Below are positions 36,947 through 50,489 of a stretch of 64,000 bases of DNA, in pieces. Source of the stretch: Octopus sinensis (lineage: Eukaryota). Under the pieces are notes generated by a model, which saw only the letters and a program-made list of their open reading frames with translations, was not told the DNA's origin and searched no databases. The stretch covers positions 86,490,001 through 86,554,000 of the forward strand of contig NC_042998.1 of assembly GCF_006345805.1 (NCBI RefSeq). The letters run 5' to 3'. Each line of letters begins with the position of its first letter. Positions within the stretch are counted from its first letter, which is position 1. The position numbers and the translations under genes are program-made.

Positions 36947-37700
36947 GCTTTCTGCCAATTGACTGCAAAACAGTTTTTTGTGTCATGTATTCAAACAAGG
37001 TGGCCTGCCTACCTAACCTGTGCATTCCTCACCAGAATGTAAATGCTTAGCAGATCAGCTCCAGAGAAGACGTCCATGTCTAGGACCTTGTCTTGTAGGT
37101 GATTTTCATTGGGTTTCTCAGACACTTCATGCAGAAGAAGTTTAGCCATTTGGCATGGTGTTTGTAAACTGTCCAAATCTCACAGTACAACTGCTTTGTA
37201 CATCTTCAACTTGGTGGCTAGCTTAATGCCTTTCCTCTCCCATACTGATTCACATAGCCACCTGAATGCTGAGCTTCCCTTTGTGAGGTATGTGTCAACT
37301 CCATTGTCAATATTCATAGATCTGGAGAATGAATTAGCAGAAGCCAAGTGCACACAAGGTGGGCAGAAAAAGCACTTCAAAGATACACACAAAACCTCAC
37401 TGAAGTGCACTCAGATCAACCCTGACACCTGAGAAATGCAGGCACAGGACTGCTTTGCCTGGTGTAGCTGCACCAACAGAGGTGCCACTTCTATGAACAG
37501 AGTAAGATCATAGAAGCACAAAGAAAATGTGAGCTGTGCAAATCCAGAGCCAAATCCTTGCCTTCATTCCCTGCAGACCAACAGTGTCTGACCAGTAGCA
37601 GAACCTTCTGAGCAGGCATTAGCTTGATTGACCATGGCTGGATGCACCACGACATATCTTCTCCCATATGATGTCCTGGTCACCATTAACAATGACGAAT
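36947..37700. mobile_element. RTE/BovB-type LINE 3' fragment with 5' inversion
   Basis: 36947-37323 on - reads ...GIKLATKLKMYKAVVL...LFCSQLAES; 37324-37700 on + reads ELAEAKCTQGGQKKHFKDT... and the 3' end. Confidence 0.8.
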
Positions 37701-38059
37701 GAGCATTATTATTATCATGTATTTCAGTTATCTGTATGTATACTCCTGTTATCCATATTTATTCTAATTGTAAAAAGAGGTATCCTGTATCCGTTTATGT
37801 TGAAAGAATTGATTAAAAGTTGGCATAAAAAAGGTATATTGTTATTAAATACTGCTTGAAAGTGTTCTGTGCAACACATGCCAAAATTACAAAAAGAAAA
37901 AAGACTGTTATTGTTAGTGCTGGCATTGTAGATTCATAGACAATTTAGTGTTACACAGATACAAAGTTGATACTCAAAGTGCATGTCATTTTTGTGAATA
38001 TACTTTCATTTCTTAACCAATAAGAATAAAATAAAATGCCATCAATATTTAATTTCTAG

Positions 38060-38270
38060 GTTGAAATAAAAGCTTCTGATTCTGGTACTCCATCGCTCTC
38101 TTCAATTCCTACAGTATTTTTGTTATCTGTGAATGTTACAAACATTAATGATGAGCCCCCTGAATTTCTCCAGCCTAATGACACATTCCCTATTAAAGAA
38201 GGACCACCACCGATAGCTATTGCTTCAGTGAAGGCTAAAGATTCTGGATTTGATTTATGTTATACTATTG
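38060..38270 (+). CDS. Cadherin exon (phase 0 in / phase 1 out); absent from the ORF track
   Basis: tttctAG acceptor at 38058-59, GTaagt donor at 38271. VEIKASDSGTPSLSS...NVTNINDEPPEF...IKEGPP...VKAKDSG...CYTI. Confidence 0.92.
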
Positions 38271-38493
38271 GTAAGTAAAAACTTTGAAAACTTTGTTAAC
38301 AAAAATAAATGAGTCAATTACTGCATTTAAAGAATATAAGACAAATTTGTTTTAGCAAAAGATACACCTCAAAATCATAATGCATCTTACTACATAAATA
38401 TCATTATTTTAAACATCTTGATTATGTTTATGGTTATTAATTTTCATGAAGACTTTGTTTCTGAAGGATTTTTCGTAGAGTGCATTTAGAGCC

Positions 38494-38532
<39 letters not shown>

Positions 38533-38535
<3 letters not shown>

Positions 38536-39060
38536 AATAACAACAGAAAAAAGATGGTATAGACACACACCAGAAAAAGTCACAGAAAACAAGAGAAAGC
38601 AACAATACTCTAGGATATGCCAATACACACAGATAGAGAAATTAAGGCCAATAGGCCAGATATAGTTGTCTGTGATCATGAAGAAAAAAATGCTTTCTAA
38701 TTGATGTATCAATACCAGTAGGTGACAACGTTTCTCTAAAAGAAATGGAGAAACTTTCAAAATACAAAGACCTGGAAATAGAGGAATCGGATGTGGAATC
38801 TAAAAACAGAAATAATTCCTTTCATAGTAGGCGCATTAGGTATGATAAAAAAATATTCAGACAAATACATAACAAAAACACCATGACATATATATAACAT
38901 ACAGAAAATTGTACTACTGGGCACTGCACACATCCTACACAAAACACTTTCAATACAGTAACCATAAGAGCATCACAGCAAACCACAGCACATACCCAAG
39001 GCACACAGAGCTGCACTCGGTAGTGAAGTGAAAGCACACTATAAAAATAAAACTTCTGAA
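38533..39060 (+). mobile_element. R4/Dong 3' end between two (TAA)n tracts
   Basis: EKRWYRHTPEKVTEN...LIDVSIP...EKLSKYKDLEIE...IVGALGMI...QKIVLLGTAHILHKTLS*. Confidence 0.88.
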
Positions 39061-39079
39061 TAATAATAAAAATAATAAT

Positions 39080-39115
<36 letters not shown>

Positions 39116-39389
39116 CACCATCTCCATCATCATCATCACCATCATCATCTTCATCAGCATCATCAGCAGCAGCAGCAGTAACATCATCATCATTATTTAA
39201 CCTCTGCTTTCCATGCCCAGAACAAATATGTGACATGAAATCTATTTGTTGGCCTATGAATACTGATGCAAAGATTTATTATTATTATTCTCTTATTTAA
39301 AGCGATGAGCTAGCAGAATTGTTAGCACGCTGAGTGAATTTCACCCATTGCTACCTCTGCTTATTCAGACTGTATGAATTTCCTCACAG

Positions 39390-39810
39390 GGCATCCAGAT
39401 GACATTTGGTCCAGAAAAATGTGCTATTATTGAACTGAGGAGAGGGCAAAAAATAGATAGCAGTAGAGTACAACTTCCAGATGATGAGCAGATAAGAGAA
39501 GTGAATGAAGAGAGTGATAAATATCTTGTTCTTTTCAATTAGGCCAGATGATGAGCACCAAAATAAGGTGTAAACTTCTAGATGTATGAGAAGAGTTAAA
39601 AAGTTAGTTGATCTAAGTTAAATGGAGGGAATGGAGAATTTTTTCAACAGACAATAGATGAAGCTGATGAAGGATCCTGGAGCTAGTTAAGACATGATTT
39701 ATTTTAAAGAATGCAGAAAGACAGATTCTTACTGCTCAAAAACAAACCTTGAGAAAATTGTTACATCTCTAAGCTATGAGATGGAGTTGAGAAATGATAG
39801 ATAAATCAGG
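39390..39810 (+). mobile_element. Old R4/Dong RT fragment
   Basis: MTFGPEKCAIIELRRGQ...IREVNEESDKYL. Confidence 0.65.
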
Positions 39811-39979
39811 AGTTAAGTGAATAAATGAATAATAATCTTTTCTACTATAAGCACAAGGCTTGAAATTGTGTGTGTGTATGTGGGGGGGGGTAGTTGATTA
39901 CGACCCCAGTGTTCCACTGGTACTTAATTCATCAACCTCAAAAAGATGAAAGCTTAGTCAACCTCAAAAGGATGAAAGT

Positions 39980-40350
39980 TTAGTCCATCTTCTCTGTAAT
40001 GACATGTGTGAAGGAATTTAACACAGTGATATCCTCAAATGGAATTCTCATGACAACTTCATTTATTTTTCTGAGTTCTGACCTATAACATGGCTTCAAT
40101 GATGATAACTTTTTCCTTTCCTCAAAGAACATTACTTCCAGAATTCTGTCATTGAAAGTAGCCAGTTCTGGGCTATTTTCTACCAGTGACTCTCTAGTTA
40201 GAGGTACGTAGATTCTCTTTGTGCATGTCCCCTTGGTAGACTCCCTTGGTCTATGTGCATTTCTTCTGGACCTATAGATCCTTACAGTTACTTTCTCACT
40301 TCCATTGTAATCTTCTCTTTTTCCATCTCTAATCACACTTTGGTCTTAAT
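39980..40350 (-). mobile_element. Old R4/Dong N-terminal fragment
   Basis: KKLSSLKP...ELRKINEVVMRIPFEDITVLNS resembles the N-terminal region of the copies at 4241 and 11500. Confidence 0.55.
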
Positions 40351-40409
40351 TTGTCTAATCTGATCAGTCAATCTTTATTCACTCACATCTTTCAGCTCTT
40401 CTTCTTCTT

Positions 40410-42720
40410 CATCATCATCATCATCATTTAATGTCCGTTTTCCATGCTGGTATGAGTTGGATGATTTGACTGAGGATTGGCGAACCAGTTGGCTGCACCA
40501 GGCTCCAATCTGATCTGGCAGAGTTTCTACAGCTGGATGCCCTTCCAAATGCCAACCACTCTGAGAGTGTAGTGGGTGCTTTCACATGCCACCGGCACGA
40601 GGGCCAGTCGGGCAGTACTGGCAACAGCCACGCTCAAATGGTGTTTTTTATGTACTACCTGCAGAGGAGCCAGTCCAGTGGCACTGGCAACAACCTCGCT
40701 CGAATATTTTTTCATGTGCCACTGACACAAGTCCCAGTGAGGTGACGCTGGAAATGATCACACTTGAATGGTGCTTTTTACATGCCACCGGCATGGAAGC
40801 TAGTTAGCTGCTCTGGCAACAATCATGCTTAGATGGTTCTCTTAGCACTCCACTAGCACAGATGCCAGTCACCGAATTTGATTTCGATTTCACTTGCCTC
40901 AATAGGTCTTCGCAAGCAGAGTTTAGTGTCCAATGAAGGAAAGGTACACATAAGTGGGCTGGTTACACCCCTGGCATAGGCCATGGTTTATTGTCTCACT
41001 TGGCTCATCAGGTCTTCTCAAGCATATCCCATTTTCAAAGGTCTCAGTCACTAGTCATTGCCTCAGTGAGGTCTAATGTTCAAAGGTTGTGCTTCACCAC
41101 CTCATCCCAGGTCTTCTTGGGTCTACCTCTTCCACAGGTTCCCTCAACCGCTAGAGTGTGACACTTCTTAACACAGCTATCCTCACCCATTCTTGCCACA
41201 TGACCATATCAGCACTGTCATCCCTCTTGCACACCACAACTGATGCTTCTTCAGTCCAACTTTTCTCTCAATGTACTTACACTCTGTTGTGTATGCACAC
41301 TGACATTACACATCCAGCGGAGAATACTGGCTTCATTCCTTGCAAGCTTATGCATGTCCTCAGCAATCACGGCCCATGTTTTACTTCCATGTAGCATGGC
41401 TGTACATACACATGCATCATACAATCTACTTTTTACTCTGAGTGAGAGGCCCTTTGCCACCAGCAGAGGTAAGAGCTCTCTGAACTTTGCCCAGGCTACT
41501 CTTATTCTAGCAGTTACACTTTCAGTGCACCCACCCCCACTACTGACTTGGTCATCTAGGTAATGGAAGCTATCAACTACTTCTAGTTTTCTCCCTGGAA
41601 TGTGGCAGAAGTTGTTCTCTGCACATTTTCAGTGTTAATTGCTCCTGAGCATCTGCCACATTCAAAAATTATCTTCCCAGTTAACATTCCTTTGATATTG
41701 CTGCACCTCTTATGTGTCCATAGCTTACACCAGGTACATCTTATGGAGTTTCTACCTACGCCTTTTCTACAGATTGAGCAGGGCCATCTACTTGAAGGGA
41801 TTTGAGGTTTGTCTGCCTTCCTATATATTAGGACTTTGGTTTTAGCTAGGTTGATTCTAAGGTCTTCCGATTCTAATCCTTGCTTCCATACTTGAAACTG
41901 CTCCTCTAGTTCTGATAGTGACTCAGCAATTAGAGCAATGTCATCATCATAGAGGAACTCCCAGGGGCATCCTGTCTTGAATTCCTTCGTTATTGCCTAA
42001 AGGGCTATGATAAATATGAAAGCGCTGAGGACTGAACATGAGTGGACTCTTACCTCTATCCGGAATTCTTCACTGTACTCGTTGCCAACCCTCACCTTAC
42101 TGATAGCGTTCCTGTACATGGCTTGCACAGCTCTCACTAACCATTCATCTATCTCTAGTTTCCTCATTGACCACCAGATAAGGAATTGGGGGACCCTGTC
42201 AAAGGCTTTCTCCATGTCAACAAAAGCCAGTTACAAAGGTTTATTTTTGGCCAGGTATTTCTCCTGCAGCTGTCTTACCAGAAATATAGCATCAATGGTA
42301 CTTTTCTCTGGCACGAATCCAAACTGCATCTCATTTAAACTGACTCTGTCCCTAATTAGTTGGGCTATTACCTTCTCCGTGGCCTTCATTACCTGATCCA
42401 GTAACTTGATACCTTGTAATTATTTGTATCTAAAGTGTCACCTTTACCTTTGTAGCAATTTACTATGGTGCTGCTACACCAGTCATTGGGTATGACTCCT
42501 TCATGCATCACCTGGTTAACTATACGGGTGACTAGGCTATAGCCAACACTACCAGATATTTTGAACATCACTGTAGTGATTCATGATGGGCTGGGGGCTT
42601 TCCCTGTCTTCATACTCTTAATTGTTTTATCTACCAAGGTACTGTCAATTCAGATGGCTGGTCCCTCTGTTCGGTCGACATTCAGAGGACTATTTTTTCC
42701 AGAGCTTTAATAACTTTTGC
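40410..42720 (-). mobile_element. RTE-clade LINE (5'-truncated) with long, internally repetitive 3' UTR and (GAT)n tail
   Basis: IPNDWCSSTIVNCYKGKGD..D.NNY; MEKAFDRVP..LIWWSMRKL; GLSLRVKSRLYDACV.TAMLHGSKTW; tail at 40410-40427. Confidence 0.92.
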
Positions 42721-43619
42721 CTATAGCCTCTTTTCTCTGGCTCACTCCAAATATAACATTCAGACTACAATTTGTAGTTCCCTTTTGTCCATTTTAGCCT
42801 CCTTTGTTGTTGTGATTCACAGTAACTTGATTACAACTGGGTCTGTGTTGTTATTTTAATAAGTCACCTTCGAGATGTAACCCCTTTGCTAAAATCTACA
42901 GCCTTATTGTTACTGTTAGGATTACTTTTTATTATTGACATGTCTCTCATAATTGAGGTATGTGTTTTAAAGTTTCCCCCCAATCAATAATTATATCATG
43001 TTACCATTACAAGACAGGTTGTCAGCCAAGACTTCTGAGAAGCCTGGCTGCCCTCATTGAAGCTGGTTATCCTGTGCTGGTTGTCACTTCCAGTATTTAT
43101 TGTTGCAGCACTTACTTAGATGGCTGTTGCCTCTAGAAAGTTCATCTACCCCTTAACAAGTTTGTTTTTCATCATGCAGAATGACTAACAAAGTCCACCC
43201 CCTTTACCAGGCAAATTTTGAGTAGGGTTGGAAATTTAGTTGCCAATGGTGTGACCATGGAACAGGTTGTACTGGATTCCACGTTACCAATAGCACTAAA
43301 AGTGACCTGATATATTAAAGACTCATATAGTTGGATGGCTGTTGATTCTAATGAATTCATCCACCCTTTAACAGGTTTTGCTATTTGTTCTGCAGGTTGT
43401 CTGACAAAAGCTACCTTCCTTACCTGGCAAGTGCTTGGTAAAGTTGCCAGTTTAGTCACTGATGGCCCAACCATAAATCAGATTAGCACTAAAAGTGATC
43501 TGACATATTAGAGTTATTATTACAACTACCAATACTGTCACTACCACCAGTATTATTACTATCACTAAAATCAGTAGATTGCTTATTATCATCATAATTA
43601 CTATCTTTATTATCATTGT

Positions 43620-43800
43620 TGCGAGATGACAGAATTGTTATCACATGGGCAAAATGCTTAGTAGTATTTTGTTTGTCTCTTCATTCTGAGTTCAAATTCT
43701 GCCGAGGTTGACTTTGCCTTTCATCCTTTCAAGGTCGATAAAACAAGTACCAACTTCTCCCTAAGTTTCTGGCACTGTGCCAAAATTTGAAACCATTATT
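43620..43800 (+). mobile_element. SINE family A
   Basis: aaaatgcttag...ctgagttcaaattctgccgaggttgactttgcctttcatcc. Confidence 0.75.
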
Positions 43801-45009
43801 ATCTTTGTTATTATGATTATCCTCACTACTTCTTGGGTCTTCTTCATCCATAGGTTTTAGCCATGTTAAAGGATCACCATTTCCTTATACAGCTGCCCAT
43901 GTGCATCATGCGTTCTTAACAGTCTTCTCTCTTGCTTATTACATCTGATTCCTTTTGTGCCCAATTTTTCTCTCAATACGTTTGTATTCTAATGTTCATG
44001 TACATTGACATTGCACATCCAGTGGAACATGTTTACTTCATTTCTTTCTAGTCTTTGCAATTCCACATCATGTTTTGAGTTCTGTTTGTCCCACTGAATA
44101 TTGTCACGGTCCCACAAGCAGTGTCATTCATTTATAGTATTCTATGAAATCATGTTTGGCCGTGGGGTGACAGGAAGAGTATCTTGCCAGGCAAAAAATC
44201 TGTCTCAGAGAACTTCTTTCGCCCTTTGTAAGCATACCTTCAGCCCTTAATTACTCATGCCTCTCATCTTGTAAAGATGTTGAGAAGTGAGCAGAAACAT
44301 CAAGAGGTCCCACAAGTCATATCATGGACATGACATCTCTCTAATGCTGGTGCCACAAAAAGAAAAATGCACTCTGTAAATTGGTTGGTGTTGGGTGGGG
44401 GTAAGGGGCATCTTGTAAAAACCGAGCCTAAAATGAAACTCACCAGCAAGATGTCCTCCAGCTTGTTTAGGTGAGCAGCATATAGACAGTTTTGAGGATA
44501 GATTAAAAGAAGTACAATGCCAAATGCTGTAGGAATTAAGTCTTCTGATTGGTCACTTCTATGGTACAAATGTCAAAAGAAAGGCAATTTGATGTTGGTT
44601 GCATGCTGCTATTTAAGATAAAGAAATGCTTCACTTAGATATAAATAAGGAGTATGGATTTAATTCCTTTGGAGTAGATTATAAAACTTGGATTTTGAGT
44701 GGAGTGTTCCTCTTGGAATTGGTTGTGATACCCTAACTATTGAATACAAGCCACTGAGGGTGCTTATAAAAGGTTGCTAGACTTTCCAGAAATAACTGTC
44801 AAATTTCCTTCAAATCACATTCTACTGTCTTAATGCAAGAAAGGCATTAAACAATGTTGTTGTTGAGACAGCATAGTCATATCTGGAATACCTTTGAACA
44901 TAGGTCCACTGAAATCAAGGCTGACCTGAGTCAAACAACAATAACTATTGATTTAGAAAGTGTCAACAACTGAAACCTCAGTGTAAGCACAAATATTTAA
45001 GTGCCAAGT

Positions 45010-45230
45010 TCATCATCATCATTATCCTCATCATTTAATGTCCATTTTCCATGCTAGTGTGGGTTGACCAGTGAGACAGGAGCTGGCAGGCCAGAGGACA
45101 ACTTCAATCTTCAATGTCTGCTTTGATCTGATGTCTATGGCTAGATGCCTATCCTGATGCCAATCACTTTACACAGTATGTCAGGTGTTTTTTAAATGGT
45201 ACTAGCACTAGTGTGGTTACCATGTAACTT
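45010..45230 (-). mobile_element. RTE 3'-UTR fragment
   Basis: catcatttaatgtccattttccatgctag...gatgcctatcctgatgccaatcact. Confidence 0.65.
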
Positions 45231-47091
45231 GTAAGTCTCCTCCTCAATTGAGGTGGTAGGGATGTATTGAGGGAGCTGGTTTTATGCTATGTGATAAGAA
45301 GTTAAAGATAATAGAATATCTTACTGGATACTCCAGTTGGAAGAGAAAAAGAATGGTGGTGAAAATGTGTCAGGGTGCACCCTTGAGTTACTGGAAGGTA
45401 AATTTTCTTATATCCTTAATGAGAACTATTGCCAAAGTAGGTGACAAGAATCATTAATATTGCAGTTAAGTTTAATGCCCAATCACTAGCAAATGGGAAT
45501 TTCTACAAGTTCACTTGACCCAATTGATAGCAACCAATGCCCTCAATTCTCTCCATATCACCTTGAAAATAGAAACAGTAAACTGAAAGAGTGATCCTAG
45601 CTATCCTGATAAATAAAGGAAAGTCACTGAAATTAGTCTGTCTGATTAGGGCTAGCCTGGGGCTAAGCAACTTTGATACCCATTTTAACCCTTTCATTAC
45701 CGTACCTATTTTGAGATGATCTATGTATCTTTCAATTAATCTTAAATATAACAAAGAATTTAATTAAAATAACTTAGTTATCATTAAGCTAGTGTTAGGA
45801 ACATAAATTGTGACTAGAGTTTGGTGGAAGATTTTAATTCAAAACTTATGAAAACAAGACATTTGTACTCAGAGCCAGAGCTGGTTCATTTTCATTATAT
45901 TGAATTGTTTGGATATATTTTATTCTAAAAAGTTTTAAATATAAAGATATGAAACGTTATAGCAAAAAATCAGTGCTGGCTATAGTTTCTGTAGAAATAA
46001 CCGTAACAAAATATTGTAAAGAGCACTGCTAGGATGTGGTGTTGACTTATAAAAACATTTAATTTATTTTATAGTACATTAGAGTTGCATAATAAAATTC
46101 CACATTCCTACTATTCTTTAAAATTTAAGGATAAATATCTATTTGTTTCTCAAATTCAAATAAGTAAATTACTTGAATATTTATCATCAGATGTATCATT
46201 TAATGGGTTTTCAGACTCAGTGAGCTCAAGGCAGTATTAAGAGTTATATTGTTTATACATTGTTTGAGGGCATTAAAAAAGCAAGAGGAACTTCTATAAT
46301 TATAAATCAATCCTTGTCTGCAGATTTGCGAAAGATTTATAATCTATGCTATAGTGTTTAAGTACAATGATGGTGAAATTATATAATCTAGAGGAATGAT
46401 GAGCATTCTAAAGAGACACTCTATTGCAAACCACTGAGAAGTTCTGTTTTAAACTGAAGTTCACACAGAACAAGGGAAACATTGTAATGGAACAGTGTTG
46501 TATAAAATACTATAAGATATAAAGAAAAGAGCGAGACAAGTTAAGAGATATTGAGCAGCATGGAATTATACTTATAGATTTAGAAGGAAAGAATATATTG
46601 TAAATTGTATATTGTATCTTGGAATCACATTACAAATCTGTAAGTCTAGATGAATCAGAATGTCTTTTGGGAGAGGCTTGTGTAACCTGTTCAAAGTTGT
46701 ATGAGCCTTTTACTGTCTGTGACATCAGAACAGATAAACTATTTTTTATTAGCAAAAACACTTGAATCTCGATGGTCCAGTCTATCTAGCTATATGTATC
46801 ATAGAACAGTGCAGCACATAAGAAAGAGCAGTGAGAGAATTATGAAATTATATAAATTAGTCTGCAGTGTTGTGATTGAGTTCTCATGTGGGGCTTTGAC
46901 TATTCATGCACATAGCAAAAGAAAATAATAAACTTGATTTGAATTTCAGACTACTACAATCTATGTCATCTTGAAACAACTGTTTACTTAAATTACCCAT
47001 TAAATAAATTACATACTGATTTTCTTCTTTTTCCTAAACCCATTTTAATTGCTTTGATTCTCTTTCATTTACATCTTTTGAACTTTTTCAG

Positions 47092-47399
47092 TTGATAGTG
47101 AACCTGCAAGCTATTTTGTTTTAAAGAATGATTCTAATGCTGCTTTAATTGAGACCAAGAAAGAAGTTGATTATGAAACAACAAAATTCTTAAAACTGGT
47201 GGTATTTGTCCAGAATTGTATTGAGGTCACATATAATGCTTCATGTCCTAAATCTCCCTCTCCTGATTTACTCAACAAAATGATTATAGATGTTGTCATT
47301 CAAGATGCTGATGACAATCCACCAATATTTACTGAAAAGACATTTAGTAAAGCTATTATATTTGATATTTCTAAAGAAGAAAAAATATTAGAGTTTAAA
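47092..47399 (+). CDS. Cadherin exon (phase 1 in / phase 0 out)
   Basis: ttttcAG acceptor at 47090-91, GTaagt donor at 47400. (V)DSEPASYF...KEVDYETTK...VIQDADDNPPIFTEK...KILEFK. Confidence 0.92.
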
Positions 47400-47469
47400 G
47401 TAAGTATATTTAAATGCTGAAACTTTCAGAGCTTATTTTAAATGTTTTCATGAGTCAATACTGTGTACT

Positions 47470-47700
47470 ACTGTATTTATTCTTTATTGCCCACAAGGAG
47501 CTGAACATAGAGGGGACAAACACAGACAGAGAAAGGGATTAAATCGATTACATCAACTCCAGTGCGTAACTGGTACTTATTTCATCAACCCCAAAAGGAT
47601 GAAAGGCAAAGTCGACCTCGGCGGAATTTGAACTCAGAACGTAACAGCAGACGAAATACCGTTGCCCAGTGCTAATGATTCTGCCAGCTCACCACCTTTG
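47470..47700 (-). mobile_element. SINE family A, young copy
   Basis: aaaaggatgaaaggcaaagtcgacctcggcggaatttgaactcagaacgta...ctgccagctc; CpGs retained. Confidence 0.82.
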
Positions 47701-48551
47701 TACTACAGTGTACTACTGTATTAGTAGTGCACTTAAACCATGTTATAAGATCATCTCTACTGATTTTTCATAGAAATTGTAACCAGTATTGATTTAGTTA
47801 TGATTTTCATATCCAAGGTGCCAGATGAAGACAAACAATGAGATTGAAGAGGGGAAAATGAGTAATGGGTATATATGCCATATTTTGGGAGTTTTTGCTC
47901 CTTTATCAACACCCATCCAACCCATTAATCATCCATAAACTCATTCATTGCTGAGCTTTCTTTATGTTGATTACTTTTTATGAAACTCAAGTTTATTTTC
48001 TAAGTTGTGTTGTTGAATAGTTTTCATATGGTCAGAGGAGGATAAATAAATTCAGTATTTGTCGTATTTGAACTCCAGGCATTGAGAACAAAACTAAACA
48101 AGACAATTAGTTCCATAATCTATCAGGGTTTCAAACAGATGAGATATAAATTTCTTCCTTATTTTAGATTAGAAATCAATAAGATCTATCATGTTTCCCC
48201 TTCAATTGAATTTATGGTAGGGGAGATTTTATACATATTTTAGTCTTGAATTTCTCAAGTTGATAGAGAAGATATCTCTTCTTGAATTCATATGGTGCAA
48301 CTTCAGTTGGAATTTGAAATTGTTCTGAGTCTGTAACACATGGAATTTGACTTTGCCTTTTCATCCCTTTAGAGGAATTATAAAATAAGTATTAGTGGGA
48401 TTTACTCAATTCATTATAAAATTTAACATTTTGCTCACATTTATTTTATTAGAGCTTGTACCATTTTATTTATGTATGTATTTCTTGAATTTTAAGATTA
48501 TTATATGTGGATCAAAAGTATTTATAAGGTTCTTTGATATTTTCTTGTTAG

Positions 48552-48782
48552 TATTATGTGAATGATGCAGATACTGACCCAAAGAATAAGCAGCATAAAT
48601 ATTTCATTGAATCCTTTGAATACTTTGGCAATGATGCATTGAAACAATTGAAGACTCCCTTTGAAATAAGAAATAGTGGTATTTATCGAAAAGCAGATCT
48701 TGATTCAAGTGTCAGTGGATATATTCAAATGCTTATTAAGGCTAACGACACCAATGGCTTGGATACTACAGCTACTGTTAAG
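48552..48782 (+). CDS. Cadherin exon (231 nt, phase 0/0), probably the last EC repeat before the membrane-proximal region
   Basis: ttgttAG acceptor at 48550-51, GTatgt donor at 48783. YYVNDADTDP...SGYIQMLIKANDTNGLDTTATVK resembles, from memory, the GYFxFxVxANDTxG..AxVxI end of the last repeat in Cad87A/Cad88C/CDH23-like cadherins. Confidence 0.85.
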
Positions 48783-49274
48783 GTATGTTTACACCATTTT
48801 GCTTTTCTAAAACAATTTGAGTACATACATATTTTTTCTTCATTATCAAGTTTACAAATCAATAAGATCTAGCCAAAAAGGAGTCTGTAAGTGATCACTA
48901 AACCAGCTAAAAATTGCAGTCATATATCCTTAAATCACGCTGTACTGTCATTAAATTAAGGCACATTGGATAATATTGTCTGGCTAAGATTGTCATGGCT
49001 ACTTTGTCTTTGATCATAGGTCTAAACTGGGACTAAAAGACAACAATCAGAGCTTATTTAAAGCAACTTTCTCTAAATATATATTTAGAAAGTTGCTTTC
49101 GCTAAATATACATTTAGAAAGTTGTCTTATTTCACTCTTGCACTAATCATTGAATGGATGAAATGAAGGAACTTTATTATATAAACTAATTCATAACAAT
49201 TGCTTAATGGGTCCATGTAAATATCCTAGCATAGGGACAGTACATATGTCCTGTATTGTTCCTATTTATTACTA

Positions 49275-49457
49275 TCTTTATCTTTTACTTGTTTCAGTCA
49301 TTAGACAGCAGTCATGCTGGAGCACTACCTTAAACAATTTTTAGTTGAAAGAATCTACTCTCAGTACATTTTTTCTTAAACCTTTTACTTATTCTATTGG
49401 TCTCTTTTGCCAAACTGCTAAGTTATGGGGATGTAAAGACACCAACACTGGTCATCA

Positions 49458-49526
<69 letters not shown>

Positions 49527-49712
49527 ACACACACACCACACACACACACACACGCACACACACACACACAACAGGCTTCATTCCGTTTCCTTCTACCAAA
49601 TTCATTCACAAGGCTTTGGTTAGCTTGAGGCTATAATAGAAGACACTTGCTTTAGGTACCATGCTGTAGGACTGAACCAGAAATCAAGTGGTTGGGAAGT
49701 AAGCTTCACACA
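49275..49712. mobile_element. SINE E (+, 49275-49460), (CA)n (49460-49570) and SINE C (-, 49572-49712) arranged tail to tail
   Basis: tatcttttacttgtttcagtcattagac...gcc; (CA)n; ggcttcattccgtttcc...acaaggctttgg...agaagacacttgc. Confidence 0.78.
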
Positions 49713-50029
49713 GCCATATTACTGCCTACTTTATTCATGTTTTTCATAAAATTTCTGAGAGCATTGCATACAGACATTCTGATTGGTGTCTACAATTACA
49801 ATTGGGGAAGAGCAACTATTTATACATTTTTACAAATGGTAAATACCATTTGATGAAAACATACTCTTAACATGTAAATACCATATGTGTTGGTGTAAGA
49901 TATTGCATGGTAGTGAAACATGAGGATTAAATGCAGAAGGCCTGTGAATATTAGCAAGAAATAAGATGAGTATACTTTGCATGATGTCTAATGTTAATGT
50001 GCATGAATGATAGAGCCTATGTCTAGTGT

Positions 50030-50450
50030 TTAATTCAATAATTACCTGTGCTTTTATATGTAAGTGAGACTTGGACTACTATGAAAAGGATAGAATGATT
50101 GATGATGAAAAGGGTTATAGAAAGATCCCAGCTAGGAATATCATTACAAGAACATATTTGAAATGAAATCATTCAATAACAGAGCAGAGTGAACAATGTG
50201 ATTGTTGAATACTGAAAGCATAAGTGCCACTGGGCCTGAAATGTTGCAAAGTTCACAGACAACAGGTGGACTTATACAGTTGTTGAGTGGTATCTAAGAG
50301 ATCAGAATAGGCAACTTGAAAGGCCTTCATGACAATGGAAAGATGATCTAGCTAAGCAGTTTGGGTCAAGATGGAAAAGAATGATGCCATCAAGACAGAA
50401 GTGGAAGGACATTATGACCAGCACCTGATAGTCTGGTCAATACTAAGATA
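50030..50450 (+). mobile_element. Old RTE-1-type 3' fragment
   Basis: SETW...LGISLQEHI..E.I...SRVNNVI...HK.HWA..VAKFTDNRWT..VVEWY.RD...GRP..QWKDDL across frameshifts. Confidence 0.7.
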
Positions 50451-50489
50451 CTGTGTTATATATACATATATATATATATATATATAATA

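Noticed and set aside
43172-43474. 100-aa minus-strand ORF with a local ~30-bp duplication (43290 and 43485)
   Set aside because: No recognisable domain or splice context; possibly an old LINE remnant but unsupported.
45685-45900. TTAA-CCC start suggesting a piggyBac-type element
   Set aside because: No matching GGG-TTAA end or transposase remnant found.
49060-49130. Short near-perfect palindrome aagcaactttctctaaatatatatttagaaagttgctt with a partial tandem copy
   Set aside because: Small, AT-rich and single; consistent with local slippage or fold-back, with no evidence for a miRNA or element.
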